A stretch of DNA of 63,744 nt, filler included, from Octopus bimaculoides (Eukaryota), in NCBI RefSeq assembly GCF_001194135.2. It is 5 parts of 4 records of this genome, joined end to end, with 100 filler letters (N's around TTAATTAATTAA, not from the genome) between each part and the next. Parts side by side here need not be neighbours in the genome. Positions count along the whole stretch, not along the records: positions 27,280 to 39,813 come from NC_068992.1; positions 39,914 to 56,183 come from NC_068991.1; 3 more parts are not named here. The stretch is one strand, 5' to 3'. Numbering within the stretch: position 1 is the first letter of the stretch; each line of letters starts with the position of its first letter. Below are positions 35,740 to 49,432 of the stretch, piece by piece. The position numbers and the translations under genes were made by a program. The notes under the pieces were generated by a model. The model did no database searches and was not told the DNA's origin. It saw nothing but the letters and a program-made list of their open reading frames with translations.

Positions 35740-36640
35740 AGTGTTCACCCGCATTTATTGCCTCTGTTGCATTTTTGGTATATTGTATCAATAAGAATAC
35801 TGAGGTCTTGACTACATCGCTAATAATACTCCGCAAGAGAGGATTTGATTTCATCCTAACCACGTTCAAAGGTTGAATAACCAAGTATTCGTTAACATTG
35901 AGCTGTATCACGCCAACTCCACCTCTACTACTGACCGGAAAGAGAATCACATCATACAAGGCTCTCATATTTTGACTGGTTCCATTTTGCAAAGAGTGTT
36001 GAACGTTAGATTTATTATTACAGTTGTCTCTAATGCTGACCATGCGCATTGAACACACCACTTCCTCGGAGTGTCAGAAATGATTGCTCACCATATCACG
36101 TTTTCTTTTATTATTCTGACAGAATATCCATCATTTTATATCCATCGATATGCTACCTGTGCTCTACACAACATTTATCACGTCCTTCCTTTCCGGTATA
36201 CTTAATCAAGCCCTTCAGTGTTCGATCATATGTCATCAATGACTCTTCCATACAGTTCTCGACTCAATGCTGCCTTTCTTCTCCCAGGTCTTGCCGCTTT
36301 TTTGAATTGCTATTAATGCTTCTTGAACTTTGCTTCTGTTCAAGGTGGGGTTGCTGGCCCTACGCAAACCCCATTTTTGCTCTACACAGATGTGATCTTT
36401 ATTAGTGTACTCTCAATCGTTTGACCTTCCCAGCATGGGTGGTCCCACCAAGAGCTTCTGCATAGCTTTCAGGGTGTACTGAGGCACACAAACTACTCTG
36501 CTACGGCACGGACTTGATCTTGAAGTGCTCATTTCCAATGCGGTCTCTACAATTTTAATAACTTCTACCACACCCCATTTCATCTTTGTCAATAGTCTTG
36601 GCAATGATTTACGAGCAATATCAGAAAGGCATCGGGCATT
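35740..36640 (-). mobile_element. Probable 5' region of an RTE-type LINE with a decayed AP endonuclease
   Basis: ggtgggaccacccatgctgggaaggtcaaa and gggtttgcgtagggccagcaaccccacc resemble RTE 5' leaders as I recall them; RGGVGVI...VIQPLN...LLIQY loosely fits APE motifs. Confidence 0.4.
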
Positions 36641-37313
36641 TTGCTACTTGGAACCCTTTTTCTATACGTTCCAATTAGATCGGGTTTTGTGATAGTTTGG
36701 AACAATCCAACTTTCATAAGGCTATGTAGTTACAACATCACTTTCATAAAGACCTACTGGCAGACCCTTTTAATCTTTTTCACCTTCTGTTTGAAATCTT
36801 ATACAGGCAGAGAAACCATAAGAATTCCGTCAAAAGGACAGTTTGATAACACTAAATTATGACCTTCTCTATCAAATCGCTGTTGTCTATGGAAATTCAC
36901 CTATGTTTCAACTTGGCCTCAATTTCAACATCGCGCTTCATACACATCCACGCACGTACACGCACACTCACACACACACACACACATACACAAACAATGT
37001 GTGTGTGCGCGCGCGTGTACATACAATCATACATGCAGCTATTACATTCCCAACTATATAATACCAACTTCATTATGCACAATGCACATACATGTGTATA
37101 TACGCATTCAAACGCATACACCCGTGCAAGTAGGGATATATTTATGTCTATATACATATGTGTGAGTGTGCTTGTGTGAGCGAATGTTTTGTGTGTGTGT
37201 ATGTGTGTGTTTAGAGACTCATATACACACTACACGCTCAGAAAGTCGCACACACACACACACACACACATATATACATACATATATATGTGTATATATA
37301 TATATACATACAT

Positions 37314-37345
<32 letters not shown>

Positions 37346-37349
37346 GTGC

Positions 37350-37384
<35 letters not shown>

Positions 37385-38308
37385 CATGTATGTATGTATG
37401 TATACATATACTCGAATGCAACCCGAGAAGAATACATAAACACTTAATCGTTATCTAGTTTTCTGTCAGTTCTTTGATGCCTTATAAGATAATTATGTGT
37501 ATGAAAGTTTAAGCCAAGTTGTTATATGAAAGAGGTAACAATAAAATACATAGAACGCATTCGCATTTTCAACCCACGCTATAATCGGATATTGAATAAT
37601 ATTTTTACAATTATAGTGGTTGTAATATAATATTAATCTAGACGTACCATCAAATAATTGTGCAACTCAAGAAACGAGAGTTATTTTACGTACATTTGAT
37701 AATAAATTCTTTTTAAATATTTCTCTTTCTTTATATATTGCTTTATATTTTTTCCATTTTCACCTCATTGGGTTGTAATAATTTCATATGTTTATGATTA
37801 ATTTCAACTTTTCTTATTTGATATCTACTAATTTGTTACATAAAAGCTAAATTATACATCTATCATATAACTGAACGTGTAAGAAAAACTGTTTTTACTA
37901 GTACGAAATTTTATGGCGTATTTTTTTAAAAATGTTTTTGTGTTGTTAATATTTTAACAACAAATATCTAGACTACAATTCTTCTTAATGGATCTGGTAA
38001 GACGAATAATGTTAGAAGTAGCTATTAATTTCCTAAACCTTCATTTGTTTTAACAATATCTGTTTAAACTATTTGCCTTCATCAAAATGCTATTGAATAA
38101 CATGTCGCGCAACAGCATAAGTAATGTAGATGATATCTAAGTATATATTCTGGGTGTTGTATATGCACATACATATAGATATATGTGTGTATGTGTGTGT
38201 ACATATATATATACCTATATATACACATATATATATGCATATATATTTACACACACACACATACACACGTACACACATATCTCTATGTATATACATACAA
38301 ATACTAGA

Positions 38309-38443
38309 CATTTAAAATACAGAGAGGCCTATAATAGGACATCTAACCCGCTAGAAAGAGCAGCGAAAAACTCTATACCAGTTTTTTGCTGCTCTTTCTA
38401 GCGGGTTAGATGTCCTATTATAGGCATCTCTGTATTTTAAATG
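38309..38443. repeat. Near-perfect inverted repeat, 64-bp arms with a 7-nt loop
   Basis: Arms 38309-38372 and 38380-38443 differ at 2 positions; loop ctatacc. Confidence 0.95.
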
Positions 38444-39057
38444 AATAATTTATAGTCTATTGACTAATTTTTATTCTCGCTGGACCACTGGTGGTAAATA
38501 AAATTTCTAAAATTTCTTTGCTGCCCTATGATTTATTAATAATGATACAAATACTAGANNNNNNNNNNNNNNNNNNNNNNNNNNNNNNNNNNNNNNNNNN
38601 NNNNNNNNNNNNNNNNNNNNNNNNNNNNNNNNNNNNNNNNNNNNNNNNNNNNNNNNNNNNNNNNNNNNNNNNNNNNNNNNNNNNNNNNNNNNNNNNNNNN
38701 NNNNNNNNNNNNNNNNNNNNNNNNNNNNNNNNNNNNNNNNNNNNNNNNNNNNNNNNNNNNNNNNNNNNNNNNNNNNNNNNNNNNNNNNNNNNNNNNNNNN
38801 NNNNNNNNNNNNNNNNNNNNNNNNNNNNNNNNNNNNNNNNNNNNNNNNNNNNNNNNNNNNNNNNNNNNNNNNNNNNNNNNNNNNNNNNNNNNNNNNNNNN
38901 NNNNNNNNNNNNNNNNNNNNNNNNNNNNNNNNNNNNNNNNNNNNNNNNNNNNNNNNNNNNNNNNNNNNNNNNNNNNNNNNNNNNNNNNNNNNNNNNNNNN
39001 NNNNNNNNNNNNAACAAAAGTGGGGACAACGATGAAAAAAAAACATCGCAAGATAGT

Positions 39058-39107
<50 letters not shown>

Positions 39108-39688
39108 TTGATATAATACAGGCATACATATATTTATACATGTATATTTCATTGCCTTATTTCTTTTGCAAAATCTTTGATATGGAATTATGCATTGAAC
39201 CAGGCGTTGTACCTTTGACATGTTAGTTTCTGAATATATAAAAAACACACGAGCTAGCTTATTTTTATTATTTTTAGTCAACAGAGATTTGAATCGCTAG
39301 ATATAACGGAGGGTCGATAAATTGGCGTCGGTATTTTTTGTCAAGACTCAGTGCCGAAACTTCAAATCTGTCCACGAACAATTTTACCCAAAATTTTCCG
39401 ATACATTTATTTTGACAACCCTCTGACCGGAACCTTTATTTTGACACCCCGTTGACCAAATTGGCCATAATTCCTCACCTTTGAGGGTTGGATAATTCTT
39501 CAGTTGAGATTTTATCGCATCTGTGGCAAAGCATCTCCCATGGCTGACATAAGTTTTAAACCACAGACTTGGTTAAATCTCAAAATTCGCCCTTCAATGG
39601 CAAATTCTCCCCATACCTGTTCAGCCCCGCTTGCACCGAGCTGGGTTATTTGGTCTACATTTCAACAGAAAACTTAGGAGCCACGAAC

Positions 39689-39753
39689 AAGAAGAAGAAG
39701 AAGAAGAAGAAGAAGAAGAAGAAGAAGAAGAAGAAGAAGAAGAAGAACAAGAT

Positions 39754-39784
<31 letters not shown>

Positions 39785-40640
39785 AAGAAGAAGAAGAAGA
39801 AGAAGAAGAAGAANNNNNNNNNNNNNNNNNNNNNNNNNNNNNNNNNNNNNNNNNNNNTTAATTAATTAANNNNNNNNNNNNNNNNNNNNNNNNNNNNNNN
39901 NNNNNNNNNNNNNCCACCACTGCCACCACCACCACCACCACTACTAACATTTTTCTCCATCCCTTACAGCTGCCATTAAGAAGGAAACTCCTACCAACAC
40001 CGACACGGCTTCACACCACCACCACCACTTCCACCGTCACCACCCCGACCACGTTGCTGACACTACGACCGTGACCACAACGACGACAACGACGACGACG
40101 GCGATGACTACCACCACTACCACCAACACTACCACAACATCAGCCGCCGCTACCACGATCATCCTTACTACCACAATCGCTACTAACACACCACCGCTGT
40201 CGCTGCTGCCACCACCACCAGCACCACCACTACCACCACTGCAACCAATACTACAACATTTACCACCACCGACGTCACCACCACCACTACCACAACCGCG
40301 ATGGCCATCAACACTACATCCACCGACGCCGCCACTGCCACTGCCACTACCACTACTACGATGGTCATCACTACTACCATCACCATCAGTACCACAACCA
40401 GCATGGCCATCACCACTACCACCACTAACGCCACCACCACCACTACCATGACCAGCATGGCCATCACCACTTTCACCACCGACGCCACCATCGCCACTAC
40501 GAACAACCACCGTGGCCATCACCATTACCATCCCCACCAATGGTGCCATCACCACCACTGGTGCCATCAACACCACTATCAATACCACCAACGCCACAAC
40601 AACAACCACATCCAACATAATCACCATTCAACCATGATAT
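39689..40640. repeat. (AAG)n tract (39689-39813) and cryptic (ACC/ACT/CAC) low-complexity tract (39914-40640), separated by a linker gap
   Basis: Directly visible. Confidence 0.85.
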
Positions 40641-40659
40641 CTAACATTACACTGTATCA

Positions 40660-40875
40660 AGATGGCGAACCGGTAGAATCGTTAGCACACCGGACGAAAT
40701 GCCACTATGCATTTCGTCCGTCTTTCCGTTCTGAGTTCAAATTTTGCCGAGGTTGATTTTGCCTTCTATTCTTTCGGAGTCGATAAATTAATTACCAGTT
40801 TCGTACTGGGATCGATCTAATCGACTGGCTCCCCTCTCCCAAAATTTCAGGCCTTGTACCTAGAGTAGAAAAGAA
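40660..40875 (+). mobile_element. SINE family A with an (ATT)n tail
   Basis: gtagaatcgttagcacaccggacgaaatg...aaatttcaggccttgtacctagagtagaaaagaatatt. Confidence 0.9.
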
Positions 40876-40915
<40 letters not shown>

Positions 40916-40993
40916 ATTAGGATTATTATTATAATTATGATTATCATTATTATTATTAGAGTTGAAGACATAATAATAATAATAATAATAATA

Positions 40994-41031
<38 letters not shown>

Positions 41032-41032
41032 G

Positions 41033-41942
41033 TTTTTTTTTTTCCTTCTTTCTTCAAATTTTCTTCCATTTCTCCCCGAGTGTTTTCCGTACACCTAGGG
41101 CAGAGAAGCTCATTGTATGCATTCCCAGTTTACACTCGCAAATTCAAAGGTAAAATATGTATTTAAAAAAAATAAATAAATAACTTCATGAACGGATGTT
41201 GTTTTCACAGCGACAATGCTCTTCTCACCCAGAGACCTCAAGAGACAACAAGTTAGAAGTTCATGGTGGTGTTATGCCTAGAGTGTCATAGATTTGATTT
41301 TGTACGTAGTGTTGTTCTAGAGAATAATTCAGAAAACAAAAGAAGATTATGAGGTTTTTTTTTAAATTTGAGATTACATAGTCAGTATTTTACGTAGGAT
41401 ATGGACAGTTCCCATGAGCACTCTCTATTGAATTTCTGCCATTTGGGGATTTCCTGGTATCTGAGCTAGGTAGCATTCAGCCCCTTTTGCTATCATTCAT
41501 AGGGCACCTTTGACAACAGGTATTGTTTTACTCTTGAGGTTCCACATTTTGCCAATTTCTATTTCAAGATCTTTATACTGGCTCAGTTTTTGATAGGTCT
41601 TGATAGATACATTTATATCGATTGGGAGAGTCATATCAATGAGGAGTCATGATTTTTCTCTGAAGTCTTTCAATATATTCCTATCTATCTTTCGTATCTA
41701 TCTTTTGTCTGAAGTCTTTCAATATAATGTTTGGCCTATTCGCATCTATCTTTCTGTCAGTTTGGAAGGGGAAGTTTCAGAGGAGTGAGATGTGATGATT
41801 TTCAAGCACTGAAGGTGGTTTGTGTTCCCACCAGTTTTTATAATGTAGCTGATCCAGGTTTTTTGCAAATTACCCAGTGAATATATTGTGCTGCTCTATC
41901 ATGCCTGTTGAGATACTCTGCAGGCGCAAGAAGACTACACGC
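41033..41942 (-). mobile_element. R4/Dong-like RLE non-LTR retrotransposon, 3' ~0.9 kb, inside an (AAT)n array
   Basis: Minus translation EYLNRHDRAAQYIHW...WWEHKPPSVLEN...TDRKIDANRPNIILKD...LIDMTLPID...YKDLEIEIGKMW...LMGTVHILRKILTM*; trinucleotide arrays on both sides. Confidence 0.9.
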
Positions 41943-41966
41943 TATTATTATTATTATTATTATTAT

Positions 41967-42035
<69 letters not shown>

Positions 42036-42340
42036 NNNNNNNNNNNNNNNNNNNNNNNNNNNNNNNNNNNNNNNNNNNNNNNNNNNNNNNNNNNNNNNNN
42101 NNNNNNNNNNNNNNNNNNNNNNNNNNNNNNNNNNNNNNNNNNNNNNNNNNNNNNNNNNNNNNNNNNNNNNNNNNNNNNNNNNNNNNNNNNNNNNNNNNNN
42201 NNNNNNNNNNNNNNNNNNNNNNNNNNNNNNNNNNNNNNNNNNNNNNNNNNNNNNNNNNNNNNNNNNNNNNNNNNNNNNNNNNNNNNNNNNNNNNNNNNNN
42301 NNNNNNNNNNNNNNNNNNNNNNNNNATATATATATATATA

Positions 42341-43450
42341 CTGCATTGATTCAAAAATTTCCTCACATTTCAAGCTTTAATTAACAGCTCAAACAAATTG
42401 CATGCAAAAATGTATCCTATCATATTCTATTGCATGTTGCCATCGTTGTGTTAAAAGCTCAATTCCAAGTGTATGTCATTTGGCTGGTTCGGAAGCAAAA
42501 CATTCCCTGCATCCGTTTTCAACCTCATCTACATTGATGAACCTCTGTGTGTGCCGAAAATGAGCCTTGAGGCGGAAAATATGTTAATCCGATGGTGCAA
42601 ATTCTGGACTGAAGCCCTCAGGTTCCTCAATTCTGCGCTCGTGACATTGGCAGTATGGGTCGGAACATAGTCATATTGTAGGAATGCGCATCTTCTATTG
42701 ACCAATGCCGGGTAGCGGGCTTTCAAAGCAACATATACTCGCTACAGTTGTTGCGTATAAAGGTTAGCGCTCATATCATAACAGGACAAGCTCACAAGTG
42801 GAACACGCCCTCGAAATTCCACCTAATACACAATATGACCTTCCGTTCTAACCACTCTTGTTTGACAACAGGTTCTGAAGCATGACCGGAATGAAGACAC
42901 TGATTACTCTCATTAGGATTACGAATCTAAATCCATTTTTCATCCCCATTTAAAATTGAACCCCAAAAACCAGCATCTCGAGGATTTGCAAGCGTCTGTT
43001 GGCAAATGTTGACGCGCCGCTGAGCTTGGTCATTACTCTGTTCATGAGGAAGTTCTCGACAGCTTCTAATCACAAGGCCGGGGTCATAGAGGTGTTGGCT
43101 GATGGTGCTTTTTGAAAATCCGAACACTGCCGACAATGTACGTATGCGTGTGCTTGGCAGTTGTTCAACCATTTCTAGCAAGGTCACATCTTATACAGCA
43201 GGTCTTCTTGACATTGGTTAATCTTCGAGTCTCGAACCATCTTCCTTGAAACGTCTGAATCAGTTTTCTGCCGCTCTTTCACTCCGTCCTTTTATTCACA
43301 GGTAGCGTAAAACAACTCTAATGGCAATTCTTTTCATCTCTCATCATCAAAGCTGTAAAATAGAGAATAAACAATTCCGCAATGATTGGACAAGAGTTGT
43401 ATCAAGTAAACGGTATACAAGATTTGCAGAGATAGAAGATGCCAAAAATC
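42341..43450 (-). mobile_element. Mariner transposon, near full length, pseudogenised
   Basis: Minus translation includes FRRFKEDG, SKSTISQHL, ELPHEQ, ILNGDEKWI, KVILCIRWNFEG, LQYDYVP, SPEFAPSD*HIF (YSPDLAPSD motif); terminus TA-CTGCATTGATTCAAAAATTTCC. Confidence 0.9.
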
Positions 43451-43451
43451 A

Positions 43452-43572
43452 TTGAAAAGCGTAGGCTCGAAACGTAAAAGACTTTCTCACTTTCCCAAGC
43501 GTCAAACTAATACACCTGTTTGCTGTTCATACACCTGTCTTCGTCTTTTGTTTTTCTGTAAATTTGAACTAT
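43452..43572 (+). mobile_element. Family 3 repeat, 5'-truncated inside the hammerhead relic
   Basis: ttgaaaagcgtaggctcgaaacgtaaaagactttctcac...tgtaaatttgaactata, homologous to 8768-8887. Confidence 0.75.
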
Positions 43573-44059
43573 ATATACATATATGTGTACATCTACATCT
43601 ATATTTTATATCTTTATCTATCTATCTATCTACCTACCCATCTATCTATCTATCTATCTATCTATCTATATATATATATGTATGTATATATNNNNNNNNN
43701 NNNNNNNNNNNNNNNNNNNNNNNNNNNNNNNNNNNNNNNNNNNNNNNNNNNNNNNNNNNNNNNNNNNNNNNNNNNNNNNNNNNNNNNNNNNNNNNNNNNN
43801 NNNNNNNNNNNNNNNNNNNNNNNNNNNNNNNNNNNNNNNNNNNNNNNNNNNNNNNNNNNNNNNNNNNNNNNNNNNNNNNNNNNNNNNNNNNNNNNNNNNN
43901 NNNNNNNNNNNNNNNNNNNNNNNNNNNNNNNNNNNNNNNNNNNNNNNNNNNNNNNNNNNNNNNNNNNNNNNNNNNNNNNNNNNNNNNNTAGATATATATA
44001 TACATATATATATTTATATTTGTGTGTATGTATATATATATATACATATATATATACAT

Positions 44060-44215
44060 TCGGTAGGCTTCTTCAGTTTCTGTCTACCAAATCCTCTCAC
44101 AAGGCCTTGGTTGGCCCGAGGCTATAGTAGAAGACATCTGCCCAATGTACCACGCAGTGGGACTGAACTCGGAAGCATGTGGTTGGGAAGCAAGCTTCTA
44201 ACCACACAGCCACGG
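44060..44215 (-). mobile_element. SINE family B head
   Basis: ggcttcttcagtttctgtctaccaaatcc...cacgcagtgggactgaactcggaagcatgtggttggg...cacacagcc. Confidence 0.9.
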
Positions 44216-44243
44216 CTGCACTTATATATGTGTGTGTGTAGAA

Positions 44244-44280
<37 letters not shown>

Positions 44281-46449
44281 CCGACAGAGAGAAAGAAGGA
44301 CAGAGACATTGAGAAAGAGAGAGAGAGGAGTGAGAGTGGTTTATATATATGCACTTATGTACGTGTGTGTGTGTGTGTATGTGTGCTTGTTTTTATGTTT
44401 GTAAATGTATTGTCCAATGACAATCCAGGGAGTTCATTATCTTCAGGCCGTTGACCCTCCGTTGCCGTTCCACATACCGCTGGTTATAAACCCTTTTGTT
44501 GTGATGCATTAACATATGATCCAGTTTTGATGAAGACATTTATAAGGTCCAGCAATACATTATATTGATTGATTTAATTGGTTCCATAACTTGCATTTCT
44601 AATACTGCAGTTATTACAATGGTCAAAGCACACGATGACGGAAGCCTTTCCGGATGTAACCACTTTTTCACTCTTAATTCATTCTCACATCTCACTGTTA
44701 GACGAAATTCGATTTCCTACATGTTTTTTAATGTTCAAACCTTGCTCCATTTTCTTCGCTTAGAATGGAATATATTTTACCTTCTATCACGTGTTTCGTG
44801 TGAAGTTTAACACTTTCACTGAGGCTCAATGCAAAAGTAACTGACAAGATTAGTAGAGAGATTTGTTGGAGATACTACAGCATTGATATTTCCCTGTAAA
44901 GATCTGTTTTATTACTAGTGTATTCAAATGTTGAATTTAGCATCTATGACTCTTTTTACCACCTCCGCCAATAGTGCGAAGAAAGAAAAAAAACTATACT
45001 TAGGCCAGAGATCCGGCTTGAAGGCTTTCAAAAGAATGGGTTTCACTAAGTTACCCTAGAGCCCACCATCAGCAACACCACATTTGTTGATCGTTGAATT
45101 TGGTTTATCACCTAAGAATAAGAACATATTGGAATTGACAGGGTTTCCCACTATAAAATTTCACTCACCAAACTTCGAGCGACAAGAGGCTGTGGTTGAA
45201 AACATTTTCTCAAGATGCCTTGAATCGAGATCGAATCCGAAACTGTACAGTGGTGAAGTGAACTTCTCAACTACATGACCATGCGTAAAGTCAATCTGTT
45301 TCTTTAATGTCAATGTAACTCATAATAGGCTACATCACGATGCAGAGATGCAGAACTATATTGATTTAGTTACCTGCACGTTTATCAGTGAAGTATTAAA
45401 AGTAATATTGAAAATTGCATTGAGTATCGCATGTATATGTCCTGCAACAAATGATCCACTTTCTTTAAACAACAGTAATATTTATGGTATATAGGAGCAT
45501 TTAAGAATATGTAAGAACATTTTCTACGGCCTACGCTTCCTTAATATCTACGAGTGACAATACTAAGTAACTTGTCTATCTTTCGGTTAATTGTTTATTT
45601 GAAACACTTATTGTTCGCTAGACAGTCTCCATATTCAGGAAATAAAAGATGTCTTTCTGAAGACCGTTATGTTTAAATTAAAAATGAGATATTGGTACAA
45701 AAGTAATACATTAAGACAATATCTCAATACGTGTTTGGTCAAACCAATACACATTGACATATGTTATGAGATAACGATTAAGAACAATAGAATTACTAAA
45801 TCACTGTTCAATGGTAATAACGGATGCAGACACAATATCCGGTAACCTTTTCTTATGTAATTTTTGATCAAAATCTTAGAGATCACGTGAACAAATACAG
45901 TTATAGAGTAAGAGCATTCTCAGCAAGAAACTTCTCATTTAAAGTCATTCCAAAGCAGGCAAGTATCAGGAATATACGTATTTAGGGTAATTATTCCAAT
46001 TATTCCATATTTTACGCCCACTTTCCACACTTGTTTAATTCATATAGACATAAAGCCCTTATTCTGACCGTCTGTTTATTCGTTATGCAATTTCAATAAT
46101 AATTACCTTACTTTGAATAACAAGTACATGGGACCATGTGTTATCTGTCTGCTATATACCCTCTGGCAAATATTGGAACGAATCCCAATTTTTATATTCC
46201 TTTTAGAAACAAAGAAAAAAAACTCTGAAAGTATTTTTCACAGCATTTTTGTAATTTTCTCGATGATATACAGATTGACTGGTTCGGCCTTTTGTTCCTG
46301 GTCGATTTCTATGCCAACCAACTGGTGTTGTCAATAGATGCTATACATTATGTGTCTAAGGGAATATTCTTTCTATCTACTTTTTCTCAGCTGCGACTGA
46401 TGAGGCGATTAAGTGCTGAAACATTAAAATATTTTACAAAATAATTCGA

Positions 46450-46740
46450 AATGAATATCGCCGTACAAGACGTTGGGGCTTAATTTCACGATCTTGACCG
46501 AGCTTGAGGCTAAGATCAAGGAGGTATTCTAAGATCTTCCAAGTGACACAGAGAAGAAAGCATGCACCAAGTTCCTGAGCCGTATTGAAACCGTAGTAAG
46601 AGATAATGGCGGATACTCTGAGTAAGCTATTTTCCAGGCATAAATCTATTTTTTGATTTCTTAAAATAATCTGAGTTTGGGATGTGATACTCTTTCCTTC
46701 CCCTTTTATGCAAACTGGTAAATTTAGCCTAAACAGCCTG
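46450..46740 (+). mobile_element. Tc1/maT-like transposon 3' end
   Basis: ELEAKIKEVF*DLPSDTEKKACTKFLSRIETVVRDNGGYSE*, then terminus ...cctaaacagcctg-TA. Confidence 0.55.
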
Positions 46741-48239
46741 TATTTTCTTTATGTTCGGCATTTTCTCGTTTGTGTAATTCGCATAAGCATAAGGTCATAA
46801 TACTGAATGTAGATATGTGTGTTTGTGTGTGTATACATACATACATATATAAATACACGCATACACACACACTCACATATATATATATATTTATTTATGT
46901 AAATATGTGCATATANNNNNNNNNNTATATATATATGCATATATCGATATATGCATATATATATATGCATATCGATATATGTATATTCGTAAGTGTGTGT
47001 GTGTTTGTACATGTGCACATACGTGTTATATTTACTTTTATAAGTACAAACACATGCTGCATATAGATACGTGCGCCTGCGGGGGAGTATATATACACTT
47101 TTGTATCAGACACCTGGTCTATTTACCTTCCCGTCTTTCCTATCATTAACTTTACTGGTCTCAGATTCTATTTGTTCTCTACCCCTATCTTTCAAACGGC
47201 GCTCAAGTGACACTTACTCGAAACTCGAACGATAGCATAATGAAAAAAAAACACAATGAAAAAACAAACAACTCACACAAACACAAACAAATATACACAA
47301 AAGGTGTGCAAGAGCTAAGGTAAACTTCGCAAATAAAGTCAATCAATATAAACTAGTGTTTATTACATGTTCAATCGTGACTGAAAAGCGCGCCAGAGGC
47401 ACATACCAGTGTTGTTTTAGCAAACACTTAGAACTGATTCTGTAATTACACTCATTTTNNNNNNNNNNNNNNNNNNNNNNNNNNNNNNNNNNNNNNNNNN
47501 NNNNNNNNNNNNNNNNNNNNNNNNNNNNNNNNNNNNNNNNNNNNNNNNNNNNNNNNNNNNNNNNNNNNNNNNNNNNNNNNNNNNNNNNNNNNNNNNNNNN
47601 NNNNNNNNNNNNNNNNNNNNNNNNNNNNNNNNNNNNNNNNNNNNNNNNNNNNNNNNNNNNNNNNNNNNNNNNNNNNNNNNNNNNNNNNNNNNNNNNNNNN
47701 NNNNNNNNNNNNNNNNNNNNNNNNNNNNNNNNNNNNNNNNNNNNNNNNNNNNNNNNNNNNNNNNNNNNNNNNNNNNNNNNNNNNNNNNNNNNNNNNNNNN
47801 NNNNNNNNNNNNNNNNNNNNNNNNNNNNNNNNNNNNNNNNNNNNNNNNNNNNNNNNNNNNNNNNNNNNNNNNNNNNNNNNNNNNNNNNNNNNNNNNNNNN
47901 NNNNNNNNNNNNNNNNNNNNNNNNNNNNNNNNNNNNNNNNNNNNNNNNNNNNNNNNNNNNNNNNNNNNNNNNNNNNNNNNNNNNNNNNNNNNNNNNNNNN
48001 NNNNNNNNNNNNNNNNNNNNNNNNNNNNNNNNNNNNNNNNNNNNNNNNNNNNNNNNNNNNNNNNNNNNNNNNNNNNNNNNNNNNNNNNNNNNNNNNNNNN
48101 NNNNNNNNNNNNNNNNNNNNNNNNNNNNATGGTGATGGTGGTGGTGGTGGTGGTGGTGGTGGTAATCAGGATGATCATGATGATCATAACGACGATGATG
48201 ATGATGGTGGTGATGGTGATAATGATGATGATGATGATG

Positions 48240-48292
<53 letters not shown>

Positions 48293-48855
48293 CAGTAGCA
48301 GTAGCAGGAGGAGGAGGAGGAGGATAGTGGTAGTTGTGGTATGCTGGCGATAGAATGGAAATTGTAGAAAAATAACTGCTAGAACTTTGGTGTGTTAAAT
48401 CAATTTTTGGTTGTGTTTTTTTTTTCTAGTTTTTTTCATTTTGTTTTGTTTCGGTTGTGTGTGTGTGTGTGTGCTTTTTTTTTTTCCTAGTTTCATTCAG
48501 GTGTTTCATTTGTTTGTTTCTCTTCCTTGTAACTCTTGATATTGTTCTGAAGTTGGTAATCCATTCGTCCCGGCCAATGGAAATCAAACGCTGCTGCAAA
48601 TTCTGCTTTGTTCTTGGTCTCTCGCCCACTCGACGTCTTCGCTCTCCGATCAGCAATTTCCTGTTGTTTGTCTTTTGTTTCACGCTCACGCGTGTGCGCG
48701 CACAGACACACGCACGCTAACACACAAACAAACATGCACATACACACATACGCACATGCACACACGCACACACGCGCGCATATACACACACACATAATAA
48801 AATCCACAAAAAACCTTGATCGAGTGCTATGGTACTTGTTGAAAATCATACCACG

Positions 48856-48906
<51 letters not shown>

Positions 48907-49432
48907 CAAATACATATAAATACATATATGTATGTATATGCATATGAGTGTACGTATGTATGTATATATATGTATTTATCAGTATGTATCAACAAACTCT
49001 ATACCAGAATGAGATGGAATCTGTCCAAATGGCTTATAGGTATATTGTTGGTGGGGCTCGTTGATCAGAAATAACAAGTATATAGACAACACTCAGAAGT
49101 AAGAACTGAGTTGTGTTATTATTGTCATTTAACCCGAGCTCAGACTCGATCGTAATTTCAAATGTTACCATCTGGTCATTTTTTTAGATCAGTCTAGTAC
49201 GCCATTTTCTATTTTAAAGACGGTGTATTTGTGATTGAAATGAAATTCAGCTTCTGTTATTAGTTGATCACGAAAACGCCCTCTGCGATGTACATATTTG
49301 CTGCCTTAATCGGATTCCGCGTTACAACTTTCGTAACAAGTACTACGCTAAAGTGACTGCTTCTGGTCATTATCTCTTTAAAATTAAACCACCTTCATTA
49401 AAAATTAGAACGTGAAAAATTGTGATATATAC

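Noticed and set aside
39914-40640. Mucin-like Thr/Pro-rich or Gly/Val-rich ORFs
   Set aside because: Open in several frames on both strands because of ACC/ACT repeats; similar tracts at 17.5 kb and 48.1 kb show it is generic low complexity.
44400-44900. Possible very decayed LINE 3' end on the minus strand (KLDHML...NSL)
   Set aside because: Only scattered residues match across frames; insufficient without a search.
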